Below are positions 39,165 to 50,133 of a stretch of 64,000 nucleotides of DNA, in pieces. A program made the position numbers and the translations under genes. The DNA lies in the NCBI GenBank assembly GCA_963555995.3, contig OY821641.1, positions 640,001-704,000 on the forward strand, read 5' to 3'. The notes beneath the pieces are model-generated. The model was not told the DNA's origin, ran no database searches, and was given only the letters and a program-made list of their open reading frames with translations. The DNA is from Vicinamibacteria bacterium (GTDB lineage Bacteria > Acidobacteriota > Vicinamibacteria > Marinacidobacterales > Marinacidobacteraceae). Each line of letters begins with the position of its first letter. Position 1 is the stretch's first letter.

Positions 39165-42100
39165 ACGCGCGCCGTGGCCGGTTCCCATGGCGTGGTCCGG
39201 GGAGCGCCGGTCTTCAGACCGGCACGCGCTGCGCCGCGGCGCAGCGCACGGCGCGACGCTGACCTGCGGGGTGGCGGTCTTCTTTCGGTTCATCACGGCG
39301 AACAGCGGCACGACATCAGCGGGCCTTCGGCCCGCGGTGCCGGTCTGAAGACCGGCGGTCCCGGCTGTCGGCGCAGCGCTCCAAGGCGGATTGACCGGAG
39401 CTTTGACCATGGCCCGGGTTCGGAGCGCCGGCCTCCGGCCGGCATCGCGGCCGCAGGCCGCGAAACGCGCGCCGCGGCCGGTTCCCACGGCGTTGGTCAT
39501 GGGAGCGCCGGTCTTCAGACCGGCACGCGCTGCGCCGCGGCGCAGCGCACGGCGCGACGCTGACCTGCGGGGTGGCGGTCTTCTTTCGGTTCATCACGGC
39601 GAACGGCGGCACGACATCCGCGGGCCTTCGGCCCGCGGTGCCGGTCTGAAGACCGGCGGTCCCGGCTGTCGGCGCAGCGCTCCGGGGCGGAATGACCGGA
39701 GCTTTGACCATGGCTCGGGTTCGGAGCGCCGGCCTCCGGCCGGCATCGCGGCCGCAGGCCGCGAAACGCGCACCGCGGCCGGTTCCCACGGCGTTGGTCC
39801 TGGGAGCGCCGGTCTTCAGACCGGCACGCGCTGCGCCGCGGCGCAGCGCACGGCGCGACGCTGACCTGCGGGGTGGCGGTCTTCTTTCGGTTCATCACGG
39901 CGAACGGCGGCACGACATCCGCGGGCCTTCGGCCCGCGGTGCCGGTCTGAAGACCGGCGGTCCCGGCTGTCGGCGCAGCGCTCCAAGGCGGATTGACCGG
40001 AGCTTTGACCATGGCCCGGGTTCGGAGCGCCGGCCTCCGGCCGGCATCGCGGCCGCAGGCCGCGAAACGCGCGCCGCGGCCGGTTCCCACGGCGTTGGTC
40101 ATGGGAGCGCCGGTCTTCAGACCGGCACGCGCTGCGCCGCGGCGCAGCGCACGGCGCGACGCTGACCTGCGGGGTGGCGGTCTTCTTTCGGTTCATCACG
40201 GCGAACGGCGGCACGACATCCGCGGGCCTTCGGCCCGCGGTGCCGGTCTGAAGACCGGCGGTCCCGGCTGTCGGCGCAGCGCTCCGGGGCGGATTGACCG
40301 GAGCTTTGACCATGGCCCGGGTTCGGAGCGCCGGCCTCCGGCCGGCATCGCGGCCGCAGGCCGCGAAACGCGCGCCGTGGCCGGTTCCCATGGCGTGGTC
40401 ATGGGAGCGCCGGTCTTCAGACCGGCACGCGCTGCGCCGCAGCGCAGCGCACGGCGCGACGCTGACCTGCGGGGTGGCGGTCTTCTTTCGGTTCATCACG
40501 GCGAACGGCGGCACGACATCAGCGGGCCTTCGGCCCGCGGTGCCGGTCTGAAGACCGGCGGTCCCGGCTGTCGGCGCAGCGCTCCGAGGCGGATTGACCG
40601 GAGCTTTGACCATGGCCCGGGTTCGGAGCGCCGGCCTCCGGCCGGCATCGCGGCCGCAGGCCGCGAAACGCGCGCCGCGGCCGATTCCCACGGCGTGGTC
40701 CTGGGAGCGCCGGTCTTCAGACCGGCACGCGCTGCGCCGCGGCGCAGCGCACGGCGCGACGCTGACCTGCGGGGTGGCGGTCTTCTTTCGGTTCATCACG
40801 GCGAACAGCGGCACGACATCCGCGGGCTGTCGGCGCAGCGCTCCGAGGCGGATTGACCGGAGCTTTGACCATGGCCCGGGTTCGGAGCGCCGGCCTCCGG
40901 CCGGCATCGCGGCCGCAGGCCGCGAAACGCGCACCGGTTCCCACGGCGTGGTCCGGGGAGCGCCGGTCTTCAGACCGGCACGCGCTGCGCCGCGGCGCAG
41001 CGCACGGCGCGACGCTGACCTGCGGGGTGGCGGTCTTCTTTCGGTTCATCACGGCGAACGGCGGCACGACATCCGCGGGCCTTCGGCCCGCGGTGCCGGT
41101 CTGAAGACCGGCGGTCCCGGCTGTCGGCGCAGCGCTCCGGGGCGGATTGACCGGAGCTTTGACCATGGCTCGGGTTCGGAGCGCCGGCCTCCGGCCGGCA
41201 TCGCGGCCGCAGGCCGCGAAACGCGCGCCGCGGCCGGTTCCCCCGGCGTTGGTCCGGGGAGCGCCGGTCTTCAGACCGGCACGCGCTGCGCCGCGGCGCA
41301 GCGCACGGCGCGACGCTGACCTGCCGGGTGGCGGTCTTCTTTCGGTTCATCACGGCGAATGGCGGCACGACATCCGCGGGCCTTCGGCCCGCGGTGCCGG
41401 TCTGAAGACCGGCGGTCCCGGCTGTCGGCGCAGCGCTCCGAGGCGGATTGACCGGAGCTTTGACCATGGCCCGGGTTCGGAGCGCCGGCCTCCGGCCGGC
41501 ATCGCGGCCGCAGGCCGCGAAACGCGCGCCGTGGCCGGTTCCCATGGCGTGGTCCGGGGAGCGCCGGTCTTCAGACCGGCACGCGCTGCGCCGCGGCGCA
41601 GCGCACGGCGCGACGCTGACCTGCGGGGTGGCGGTCTTCTTTCGGTTCATCACGGCGAACGGCGGCACGACATCAGCGGGCCTTCGGCCCGCGGTGCCGG
41701 TCTGAAGACCGGCGGTCCCGGCTGTCGGCGCAGCGCTCCGGGGCGGATTGACCGGAGCTTTGACCATGGCTCGGGTTCGGAGCGCCGGCCTCCGGCCGGC
41801 ATCGCGGCCGCAGGCCGCGAAACGCGCGCCGCGGCCGATTCCCATGGCGTGGTCCGGGGAGCGCCGGTCTTCAGACCGGCACGCGCTGCGCCGCGGCGCA
41901 GCGCACGGCGCGACGCTGACCTGCGGGGTGGCGGTCTTCTTTCGGTTCATCACGGCGAACGGCGGCACGACATCAGCGGGCCGTCGGCCCGCGGTGCCGG
42001 TCTGAAGACCGGCGGTCCCGGCTGTCGGCGCAGCGCTCCGGGGCGGAATGACCGGAGCTTTGACCATGGCTCGGGTTCGGAGCGCCGGCCTCCGGCCGGC

Positions 42101-42370
42101 ATCGCGGCCGCAGGCCGCGAAACGCGCGCCGTGGCCGGTTCCCATGGCGTGGTCATGGGAGCGCCGGTCTTCAGACCGGCACGCGCTGCGCCGCAGCGCA
42201 GCGCACGGCGCGACGCTGACCTGCGGGGTGGCGGTCTTCTTTCGGTTCATCACGGCAAACGGCGGCACGACATCCGCGGGCCTTCGGCCCGCGGTGCCGG
42301 TCTGAAGACCGGCGGTCCCGGCTGTCGGCGCAGCGCTCCGAGGCGGATTGACCGGAGCTTTGACCATGGC
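39165..42370. repeat. ~11 tandem ~300-bp REP-containing units
   Basis: Units start at ~39165, 39465, 39766, 40067, 40368, 40668, 40926, 41220, 41521, 41821 and 42121. Further copies at ~46470-46790 and ~51690-51900. Confidence 0.95.
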
Positions 42371-42875
42371 TGGATTGACCATGGCTCGGGGCGGAATGAC
42401 CAGAGCTTTTGACCATGGCTCGGACGCGGATGACCGGCGTTCCAAGCCGGCGGGGCCGGGGGAGCGGGTGGGGTTGCGCTGGGGTGGTAGCGGTGGGAGC
42501 TGGGGTGATAGCGACCGGAGCTGGGGTGATAGCGATGGGAGCTAGGGTGGTAACGGTGGGAGCTGGGGTGGGAAGGAGCGGAGTTCGGAGGGGACGGGTG
42601 GAGGGGGCGAATTGGGGGTGGATCGGGGGGTTTTTTGGCCTGGGGGGCCGAATTCGGCCGGAAATCGGGAGAAATGGGGGAGATCCGGTTCGGGGAGGGG
42701 GCGATTCGGGAATGGACCGGAGCTGGGGTGATAACGACCGGAGCTGGGGTGATAACGATGGGAGCTGGGGTGATAGCGATGGGAACTGGGGTGATAGCGA
42801 TGGGAGCTGGGGTGGTAGCGACCGGAGCCTTGACCCTTGCCCGGCGGGGGGGAGTTGCGGCGCGGGGGGGTGGGA
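42370..42875. repeat. G-rich short-period (~21-bp) repeats, GGAGCTGGGGTGATAGCGA / TGACCGGAGCT
   Basis: Direct repeats. Homologous blocks at 46758-47070, 51880-52020 and 54560-54640. Confidence 0.8.
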
Positions 42876-43281
42876 GGAACCGGAAAACTCCGGGGATGAC
42901 GGCGGTCCGCGAATGGGCGCGCGGCGCCTCCATCCCGTAGGTCTCGGCGAAGCGACGCACCTCGCCGAGGTTGGGGAGGAAGGCGCGCTCGTCGAAGGCT
43001 CGCGCGGCGCGCGCCAGCAGCCGCGTCCGCGCGGGCGTCAGTTCCAGGCGGCCCACGGCGTCCGCCGCCGACGGCCGGCGGCGGGGACCGGCGGAGTCCG
43101 GGCGCCGGGTGCGGCGCGACGCACCGGCCGTCCGCGCGGTGCGTTCCGCGGCCGTTCGCCTTCGCGTCGCCTGGGGGCGGCCGTCCTCCGGCTCCAACTC
43201 CCGGAGGAGGCGGGACACCTTGCGGAAGCCGTGCTGCTCGACGAGGGATTTGAGCGCGGCGCGCAGTTCAGTCGTCTTCAT
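42876..43281 (-). pseudogene. Hypothetical protein, 3' end apparently truncated by the repeat block
   Basis: MKTTELRAALKSLVEQHGF...VIPGVFRFL, after which the frame runs into the G-rich repeats. Confidence 0.5.
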
Positions 43282-43383
43282 CGGGCGACCATCCGTTCGC
43301 GGACTTCGTGTGTGCGCCAACGGTCCGCGTCGTCGAGTGACCTCTCGGGTGACTGCGGCACGGCGCCGACTCGTCAGGTTCGC

Positions 43384-44220
43384 CTACGGCAGGACCGGGA
43401 AACCCGTGTTCCGGTGTTCCCACGCGCGCATTTCGCGACAGAGGCCCGTGCCAAGGAGTTCATCCGGCGGTATGCCCGCCCGCAGGATTCCGGCGATCTG
43501 ATCCGTGCCGACGTTTCGAATCTCTCCGAGGACATTCTGTAGTCCGAAGCGCAGAATCCCGACCATGTCGTGGCCCTGCGCCACCCTCCACGGATCCGCG
43601 TCGTCCAGTTCGGCGAGGGCGCCCCGCAGCGGCGTTCTTCCATTCCTCCGGGCGACGGCGTCAAACTCCCCCAGCAAGCCCTCCTCGTCCACTTCCCAGG
43701 TATTCGGGTCCAGGAACTTCTGGAATCTGAGTCCACCCCCGGGGTCCAGTCCGAACTTCGCGACCGCCCAGCGCACGCGCCCGAACATGACCGCTCGGTC
43801 CAGCAGACCGGTTCGCACGTCACTGCCGGTGCGTTCCTCGAACTCGTGGATCTTCGTCAGCGAGCCGAACTCCGCCAACACTCGATTCAGCGCGCTCGAC
43901 CGACACAGCAGGCATTCCAGATCATGGGCGTCCGTCGGTACCACATTGCGCGACCCGTAGGTGATTCCCAACAGCGCGTCATGATCTTCGTCCACGACAC
44001 CGAGAGCGCCGGCGAAACTCATCCCGTCGAGCTGTTGCATGCCCGCTACCAACCTCCGCTTACCTCTTCCATCGATCAGTTCGCACGTCTTGTGACACCG
44101 ATCCGTCCAGAATCGGAAGTCATCCGCCCCTTCCACAACCAGTAGCGCCCCGCTGTGCGCCATCCTGCTCATCAGGATTTCGGCAGCCAACCCCTCGGGC
44201 TCCTCGGACTGACTCAGCAC
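43384..44220 (-). CDS. DUF4435-like TOPRIM nuclease (PARIS AriB-like)
   Basis: LVVEGADD..FW, GVVDEDHD, TDAHDLE, QGHD. Directly abuts the ATPase. Confidence 0.8.
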   Translation of the reverse strand: MLSQSEEPEGLAAEILMSRMAHSGALLVVEGADDFRFWTDRCHKTCELIDGRGKRRLVAGMQQLDGMSFAGALGVVDEDHDALLGITYGSRNVVPTDAHDLECLLCRSSALNRVLAEFGSLTKIHEFEERTGSDVRTGLLDRAVMFGRVRWAVAKFGLDPGGGLRFQKFLDPNTWEVDEEGLLGEFDAVARRNGRTPLRGALAELDDADPWRVAQGHDMVGILRFGLQNVLGEIRNVGTDQIAGILRAGIPPDELLGTGLCREMRAWEHRNTGFPVLP

Positions 44221-45546
44221 CTAGGCATCCTCCCCCAAGCCGACCATCAGGTCCGTCCGATCTCCGACGATGAACGGCGAGTGGGTAGCGATCAGGGCAT
44301 CGAAATTCGAAAGGCGGAGAATCTGTAGCAAATCCGGAAGGAACCGCTTTTGCCACTTGAGGTGAAGCGACAACTCGGGCTCGTCAATGAGGACGATGGT
44401 GTTGCCGGGCACCCGGAAGAGCAGGTCGTAGTGGAGCACCAGCTCGTGCTGCTCGCCGGACGACAGTGCGTCCAGAGCCAGCGTGTTTCCGAGCGTACTC
44501 TGCGCGACGAGTCCTTCCTTGCGATCCACCTTGATTCCCTTGTGCCGGTACTTCTGGTTCAGGATCTCCAGAAGCAACGTGGTTCTTTTCGACAACTCGT
44601 CCAGCACGTTCAGCTTGCTCTCGGTGTCCTGTACGTAGAGCGTCATGACGAGTTTTTGCGTTTCGCCCATGCTCTGCAGGTTCTCCACGGATGGATCCGT
44701 TGGGGTGTCCTCCAGAATCCCCACCTCCTTGAGCGAAGTCATCCTGCGTTCGAGTGCAGCCATCCTCTGCTCGAGATCCGGCTCGGCAACCTCCGCCGAG
44801 ACGAGCCGCTGCGGGAACGACTGATCGAGGCGCTGTGACTCGCGTCCATATTCCGCCATCGTTTCGCTGAGGCGGCGCTGAAACCGTTTGCCGCACTCGA
44901 TCACGGCCGAACTGCCGGCTGGTTGCCGCGTCCGCCGGAACAGTGCCCAGGACTCCGGTTGCTTGATAAACCGGACCAGACGTTGCGCCTCAATCAGGTG
45001 CACGTTGACTTTTTTCTGAAAATCACCGTACCAGGGAACGTCGGACTCGGAATGCCCGTTGGCCCGGGCGCCATTGCCAAAACGCTCGAGGATCTCCTCA
45101 CCGTCGAGTACCTCACCGTCCCGAACGTCAATCCACGTGTTCGGTCGTTCTTCGTGAGGCTTCAGGTATTCCACACCGGACGCGATTCCGGATGCACTCA
45201 ACGAAGTCAGGTCGGTGTGGACCTGCTGGGGTTCTGCGCCGCGCGACGACAGGGACAGTGTGTACGGAAGACCATCGGCGGTGTCGTCTCCGCGAAATTC
45301 GACCGTAAGCGTGCTCCCTCCCTTGAAGGAAAGCGCGAATCGGGAGAACGGAATGTTGCGGAGGAATTCAGGCCGCCCTTGCAGCAGCGCGCTCACCATC
45401 CGCAGGACCATCGTCTTGCCGACGCCATTCTGGCCGTGCAGCAGCGTGATCCGATCTCCGAGGTTCAGCGGTATCCGGTGATCGTAGATTCCGAACAGTC
45501 CGTCAACCTCAATGCACTCCAGACGGATGAAAGTTGCATCGGACAT
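44221..45546 (-). CDS. ABC-type ATPase with coiled-coil insert (PARIS AriA-like)
   Basis: HGQNGVGKT, LSSGEQH, LIDEPELSLH..WQ, ATHSP. Confidence 0.88.
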   Translation of the reverse strand: MSDATFIRLECIEVDGLFGIYDHRIPLNLGDRITLLHGQNGVGKTMVLRMVSALLQGRPEFLRNIPFSRFALSFKGGSTLTVEFRGDDTADGLPYTLSLSSRGAEPQQVHTDLTSLSASGIASGVEYLKPHEERPNTWIDVRDGEVLDGEEILERFGNGARANGHSESDVPWYGDFQKKVNVHLIEAQRLVRFIKQPESWALFRRTRQPAGSSAVIECGKRFQRRLSETMAEYGRESQRLDQSFPQRLVSAEVAEPDLEQRMAALERRMTSLKEVGILEDTPTDPSVENLQSMGETQKLVMTLYVQDTESKLNVLDELSKRTTLLLEILNQKYRHKGIKVDRKEGLVAQSTLGNTLALDALSSGEQHELVLHYDLLFRVPGNTIVLIDEPELSLHLKWQKRFLPDLLQILRLSNFDALIATHSPFIVGDRTDLMVGLGEDA

Positions 45547-45893
45547 GGTGTCTCCCTGCGGCATGCAAGCCGCTGGATCAGGTGCCGATCGGGGCGGGTG
45601 GCTTCCGGCGAACGTCCCGGGAGAGACGGGGCCGCCCCTCCGCGCGTCGGACAAGGTGGGCTACCGGAGTCAGAATCTCTTGTCTCCGACCCGAAGTCAT
45701 TGTATCGCCGGGGATTCGGCGCTCCGGCGCACCCCGCCGGGCATGAGAACGGCGCTCCTGGCCGGGGTGGGGATGGACCGGAGCCTTGACCCACGGCCCG
45801 CCCGGCAGCGCGTACGGCTTGGAACGCCGCGGTGCCGTCCCGGCCTTGAGGGCCCGCCTGCCCGCCGCGCGGGTTCGCGCCGGTCGGCACGCC

Positions 45894-46090
45894 TCAGTTC
45901 GGGTCGGGCGGTTCCTTCGCCCACTTCTCGGCAAGGCGCTCGAAGTTGACGTAGGCGGTTGGCCGGGCGGCGGTCCGGCGACGCTCGGTGACGTACGCAT
46001 CCGCCTTTTCCCAGGCATCCACGTAGTTGGAGCGGCTCCAGTCCTGGTAGATGTCCTCACTCATGACGCCGCGCTTGATGGCGACCGGAC
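45894..46090 (-). pseudogene. C-terminal fragment resembling DUF4760
   Basis: IKRGVMSEDIY..W....YV..RR....AYVNFERLAEKW. No N-terminus found. Confidence 0.5.
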
Positions 46091-47095
46091 CGGCCGCCGG
46101 CGCCAGGAACTCGGACCGGAGAGCGGTCACGGCAGGAGTTCTACCAGCCGATGTCGGAATCGAGAACTACTTCTTTTTTGCTATGCAGATTCACGTCGGG
46201 AGTCTCCGAATCGGGAGTCCAAGGGGCGAACACGACTCTGATTGTAGGTTCATCCGCTTGGCGGGCAGGCTGGCGGTCGTGATGGCGCTCCTGCTGAAAC
46301 TCGTGTTCTTTCCCTGAGCGGGCAGCGCTCCGCCCGGCGTTCGCGGGCTTGGCCCCGTCCGGGTGGATGAGGTTCGTGCCGCCGCCCGCCTGCGGCGGGC
46401 TGTGCCGGCTGAAGCCGGCGTTCCGGGCCGGGGGCGTCACTGGGGGAGTGACGGGAGCGGGGGTGGGGATTGACCATGGCCCGGGTTCGGAGCGCCGGCC
46501 TCCGGCCGGCATCGTGGCCGCAGGCCGCGAAACGCGCGCCGCGGCCGATCCCCATGGCGTGGTCCTGGGAGCGCCGGTCTTCAGACCGGCACGCGCTGCG
46601 CCGCGGCGCAGCGCACGGCGCGACGCTGACCTGCGGGGTGGCGATCTTCTTTCGGATCATCACGGCGAACGGCAGCACGACATCCGCGGGCCTTCGGCCT
46701 GCGGTGCCGGTCTGAAGACCGGCGGTCCCGGCTGTCGGCGCGGCGCTCCGAGGGGGAATGACCGGAGCTTCGACCGGAGCTCGGTGGTGGATTGACCGGA
46801 GCTGGGGTGGGATTGACCGGAGCTCGGTGGGGGGGCGGGTGGAGGGGGTGGATCCGGGGGGATCGGGGGGTTTTTGGGGCTGGGAGGCCGAATTCGGCCG
46901 GGGATCGGGGGGAACGGGGGGGATCGGGCCGGGGAGGGTGGGATTCGGGAATTGACCGGAGCTTTCGGGGTTTTGGGGCGAATTGACCGGAGCTCGGGGC
47001 GAATTGACCGGAGCTTTGACCATTGCTCGGGGCGGAATGACCAGAGCTTTGACCATTGCTCGGGGTGGGGGCGTTGCGGCGGGAGGGGGATACGG

Positions 47096-47129
47096 AAAAG
47101 GCCGGGGCGGCGGATGCCGTCCCGGCCTT
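47096..47129 (-). terminator. Intrinsic terminator downstream of the helicase-DarT-ARH operon
   Basis: + strand AAAAGGCCGGGGCGGC-GGAT-GCCGTCCCGGCCTT, giving a hairpin plus T-run on the minus strand. Confidence 0.65.
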
Positions 47130-47156
47130 GGGGGCCGCCTGCCCGCCGGGGCGGGA

Positions 47157-47310
47157 TCAGTCGCCCGCTGTAACGAGCTGGTCGCGGGGGAGGTCGCGCT
47201 TGTTCACCAGAATCGTCGTCACCGCCCGCTCCGAGACCTCGAACTGCCCGGCGGCCCGTCCGCGGGCGGGCTCGGACACGTCACCACCGAGGAAATCGGA
47301 AAGCGCCAGG
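47157..47310 (-). pseudogene. Fragment resembling the C-terminus of an ImmA/IrrE-like protein
   Basis: DFLGGDVSE.....AAGQFEVSERAVTTILVNK. Confidence 0.35.
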
Positions 47311-47331
47311 TTCCGCGTACCCGGCGACTGA

Positions 47332-49446
47332 TCATCCCGTGGCGAAAGCCTTCCCGGGGGAGGTCTGCCGATCCTTCCTGCCCGATCCGAGGCTCCGGCC
47401 GGTGGCGGTTCGGGCGTCTTGTCCAGCCCGTTCGGCTTCACCGGCCGCGATGATCCCGAGGCCGTTGCGCACCGCGTCAAGGTGCTGGGCGAGAGCCTGG
47501 TGGAACTCTCCGTTTGGATCCGCTGCGACGGCAGGGTCAGCGAATCTCGCCTGCAGGACTTCGATAGCTCTCCCGATCACCTCGAGGTTCTCGGGCGTAG
47601 CCCCCGGCAGAGCGAGCCGGCCGCCGCCGTCGGCATATCCGGAGGCGATGAGGCGAACGTCGCGGAAAACGGCTTCGTCCTGGCTCGTGAGTCCGGGACT
47701 CGGTTCGTGGCGCTTCGGGAATCCCGGGAGTTCTCCGGCGTCCGGCCGGATCAGCGCGATCAGCGCGGCGACGAAACCCCCGATCTGCGCGGCCGAACCG
47801 CGCTGGACCATGGCCCGGAGCGCGCGGCCGAGGGTCGTGTTGCACTCGGGATTCCGGCGCACCCAGGCGATGGCGCGTTCCAGATCCGGCGGCGCGGACG
47901 GCGCGCCTTCGCGGCCGTTCGCGGGCAAGGGAGCGGATTCCGTCTGATCCGCGACGGCGCTCGGCCGGCCGGACCGATCCCGTTTCCTCGCCGCCGGGTC
48001 GCGGGACTCGGTCTCCGGCTCGGCTGGCGGAGACGCCAGTGACGTTTCCAGATCGGCTGGCCGGTGTCTCGGAAGCGTCGGCCGGCGTTTCAGGAGCAGG
48101 CTCTGGCCGCTGGACGTCCGGTGCCATTGCCATGCGAAGGCGCCGTCCGACGTGAAGGCCGGCTCGTCGTCCGCCTCCACGCGGCCGAGGCCGAGCACGA
48201 AGTGGTTCCCCGCCTCGTCCTGCCCGAGGGCGTCCGCGTCCGCCGTCGGTGCGGACCAGTGATCGAGGTCGGGGTAGCGGGGTCCCTCGGGCCTCTCGCC
48301 GAGTGCGATCCGCGCCAGTCGGTTCGCCTCGGACCGGAACAGATGTTCGTCCAGCACCGCGCCCGGCGGGTCCTGATCCACCACGACACCCAGGAGCGCT
48401 CCCGCCATCGTGGCAATGGTGTCGGTGTCCGTTCCCAGGCAGTTCGCGGCGATTCGGAGCGCCTCGGACGGTTCCTCTTCACACCACAGGAGAGCCACCG
48501 CAGCCACCGCCGTCAGTACGCCCGAACCCCGGCGGCTGCGGTCCCGGAGTCCCAACTCCGCCACGATCGCCTCGTAGCGTTCCGCACCGGTGGACCCGTT
48601 CCCCGCTGCCCAGGCGGCCTGGACGGCCCGCCGGATTTGCCGGACTTCACGCGACCAGGCCTCGTCCAGCGACCCGGCCTGCTGTTCGAACACCATCCGC
48701 CAGACAGCGACCCCGGTGGCGTCCTCCTCTACCAGTCTCGGCACCGATCCGGCGCACTCCACGGCATCGAGCAGATCGTCGCGGCTCGGGATCTGCCCGG
48801 TGGCAAGCGCCCGCGCGAGCGCCAGTCCGTGCAGCACCGCTCCCAGAATGCCGCCGGGATGGGAGTGGGAGCAGACGGCGTCCCGAACCAGGTCAAGGAG
48901 AAAGGAACCCGGCTCCTCCGGCCGTCGCGCCGCCCAGACGTGCGGCTGGATCCGCATCGCCGCGCCGTTGCCACCGGCGTCCAGCCATCCCTTGTACGAG
49001 TTCGCGTTCCAGGCGACGCGGCGCCGCGCCAGGTTCCGCGCGGCGGCGGTCGTCGCCCTGCCTCCGCCCAGCGCGTAGCTGCGCCAGACCGGCAACTCGA
49101 CCTTGGCGAACGCCTCCACGTCGAAGCCGTCCGGGCGGATGGCCCGCCCGGTGGCGAGGCGCAACTGGGAGTCGTCCGAATAGGTTCCCGCCGGCAACTG
49201 GACTTCGACCCCGAATCGCCCCCCGACCCTCCGCTTCCAGGCGACTGGGGTTCGGAGCCGCGTTCCGCCCGTCCGGCGGCGGAGTCCCGCCTCGTCCGTG
49301 AGTTCGCTGATCCAGCCCAAGGCGTCGCCGTGGGCCGCCCAGAGCGCCGAGCGCGTCGTCATGCCGACCCGATCGTTCCGGAACGACGCCGACTCGCTCG
49401 CGCCCGCCGCCAGCCGTTCGTTGCGTCGGTCAAACAGGGTGGTCAT
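47332..49446 (-). CDS. ADP-ribosylglycohydrolase (ARH/DraG family) with a long C-terminal extension
   Basis: GDALG, YSDDSQL, GNGAAMRIQP, SHSHP, GTDTDTIATMAGAL. Confidence 0.9.
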   Translation of the reverse strand: MTTLFDRRNERLAAGASESASFRNDRVGMTTRSALWAAHGDALGWISELTDEAGLRRRTGGTRLRTPVAWKRRVGGRFGVEVQLPAGTYSDDSQLRLATGRAIRPDGFDVEAFAKVELPVWRSYALGGGRATTAAARNLARRRVAWNANSYKGWLDAGGNGAAMRIQPHVWAARRPEEPGSFLLDLVRDAVCSHSHPGGILGAVLHGLALARALATGQIPSRDDLLDAVECAGSVPRLVEEDATGVAVWRMVFEQQAGSLDEAWSREVRQIRRAVQAAWAAGNGSTGAERYEAIVAELGLRDRSRRGSGVLTAVAAVALLWCEEEPSEALRIAANCLGTDTDTIATMAGALLGVVVDQDPPGAVLDEHLFRSEANRLARIALGERPEGPRYPDLDHWSAPTADADALGQDEAGNHFVLGLGRVEADDEPAFTSDGAFAWQWHRTSSGQSLLLKRRPTLPRHRPADLETSLASPPAEPETESRDPAARKRDRSGRPSAVADQTESAPLPANGREGAPSAPPDLERAIAWVRRNPECNTTLGRALRAMVQRGSAAQIGGFVAALIALIRPDAGELPGFPKRHEPSPGLTSQDEAVFRDVRLIASGYADGGGRLALPGATPENLEVIGRAIEVLQARFADPAVAADPNGEFHQALAQHLDAVRNGLGIIAAGEAERAGQDARTATGRSLGSGRKDRQTSPGKAFATG

Positions 49447-50126
49447 GAGAACACCTCTGGAGCGCAGTGTACGGGGTACTTCACGTCCAGGGGATCAAGC
49501 ATGGCTTCTACGAACACTGCGTCGTCCTCAGTGCGAACCGCGATCGATTGCAAATGTTCGCAGGAAAGTTCACCCGGATACAACACCTCCGCCTGGCGGT
49601 CCGTTGTCCGGTTCGGAGGCAGCCCGGCGCGGGTGTGTTCGCGGTCGTACCGCCCGATCACCCTCTCCGCGAACATCGCCTCGAACCCTGCCGGTCCCTC
49701 CGCCCGCCGGCATCGGGGGTAGATGTTGTTCGTCGTCGCGAAGACCACCCCCGGGTGCCCCAAAATCGCCGGATCGAACCCCAGCACGGCCCAGAACGTG
49801 TCTTCGAAGGAATGCCACGCTTCGGAGGACCCGAACATCCACGCGTTGATCCTCTCGACGGAAAGGCTCACGTAGTCGAGCCAAGCGGGATCCTTCCGAA
49901 TCGGGGTGTTGGGCCGGTACACGTGTTCCAGGTATTTGTCGTCAGCGAGACGTTTTCGGCTCTTCAGCGCCTTGCCTGCGACGACCCCCAGGACGCCGCG
50001 GCTGGTCGTGAAATGGAGGATCTGCTCCACGCCTCGAATCCGGGCGGCCTCAACGACCTCCGGCTGGTAAGGCAGCCGCGCGACTTCCTCCGCACTCCGC
50101 GGGCGCGCCGATATCGCTTGGTTCAT
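49443..50126 (-). CDS. DarT-like (DUF4433) DNA ADP-ribosyltransferase
   Basis: LHFTT, R.D...DYVSLS..RIN..MF, F.TTN, QAEVL. Confidence 0.82.
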   Translation of the reverse strand: MNQAISARPRSAEEVARLPYQPEVVEAARIRGVEQILHFTTSRGVLGVVAGKALKSRKRLADDKYLEHVYRPNTPIRKDPAWLDYVSLSVERINAWMFGSSEAWHSFEDTFWAVLGFDPAILGHPGVVFATTNNIYPRCRRAEGPAGFEAMFAERVIGRYDREHTRAGLPPNRTTDRQAEVLYPGELSCEHLQSIAVRTEDDAVFVEAMLDPLDVKYPVHCAPEVFS

Positions 50127-50133
50127 GTTGGCG

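Noticed and set aside
39174-42445. Long ORFs (up to 491 aa) running through the 300-bp array
   Set aside because: They arise from a unit length near a multiple of 3 and high GC. They are open on both strands, frames break between units, and no domain is recognisable.
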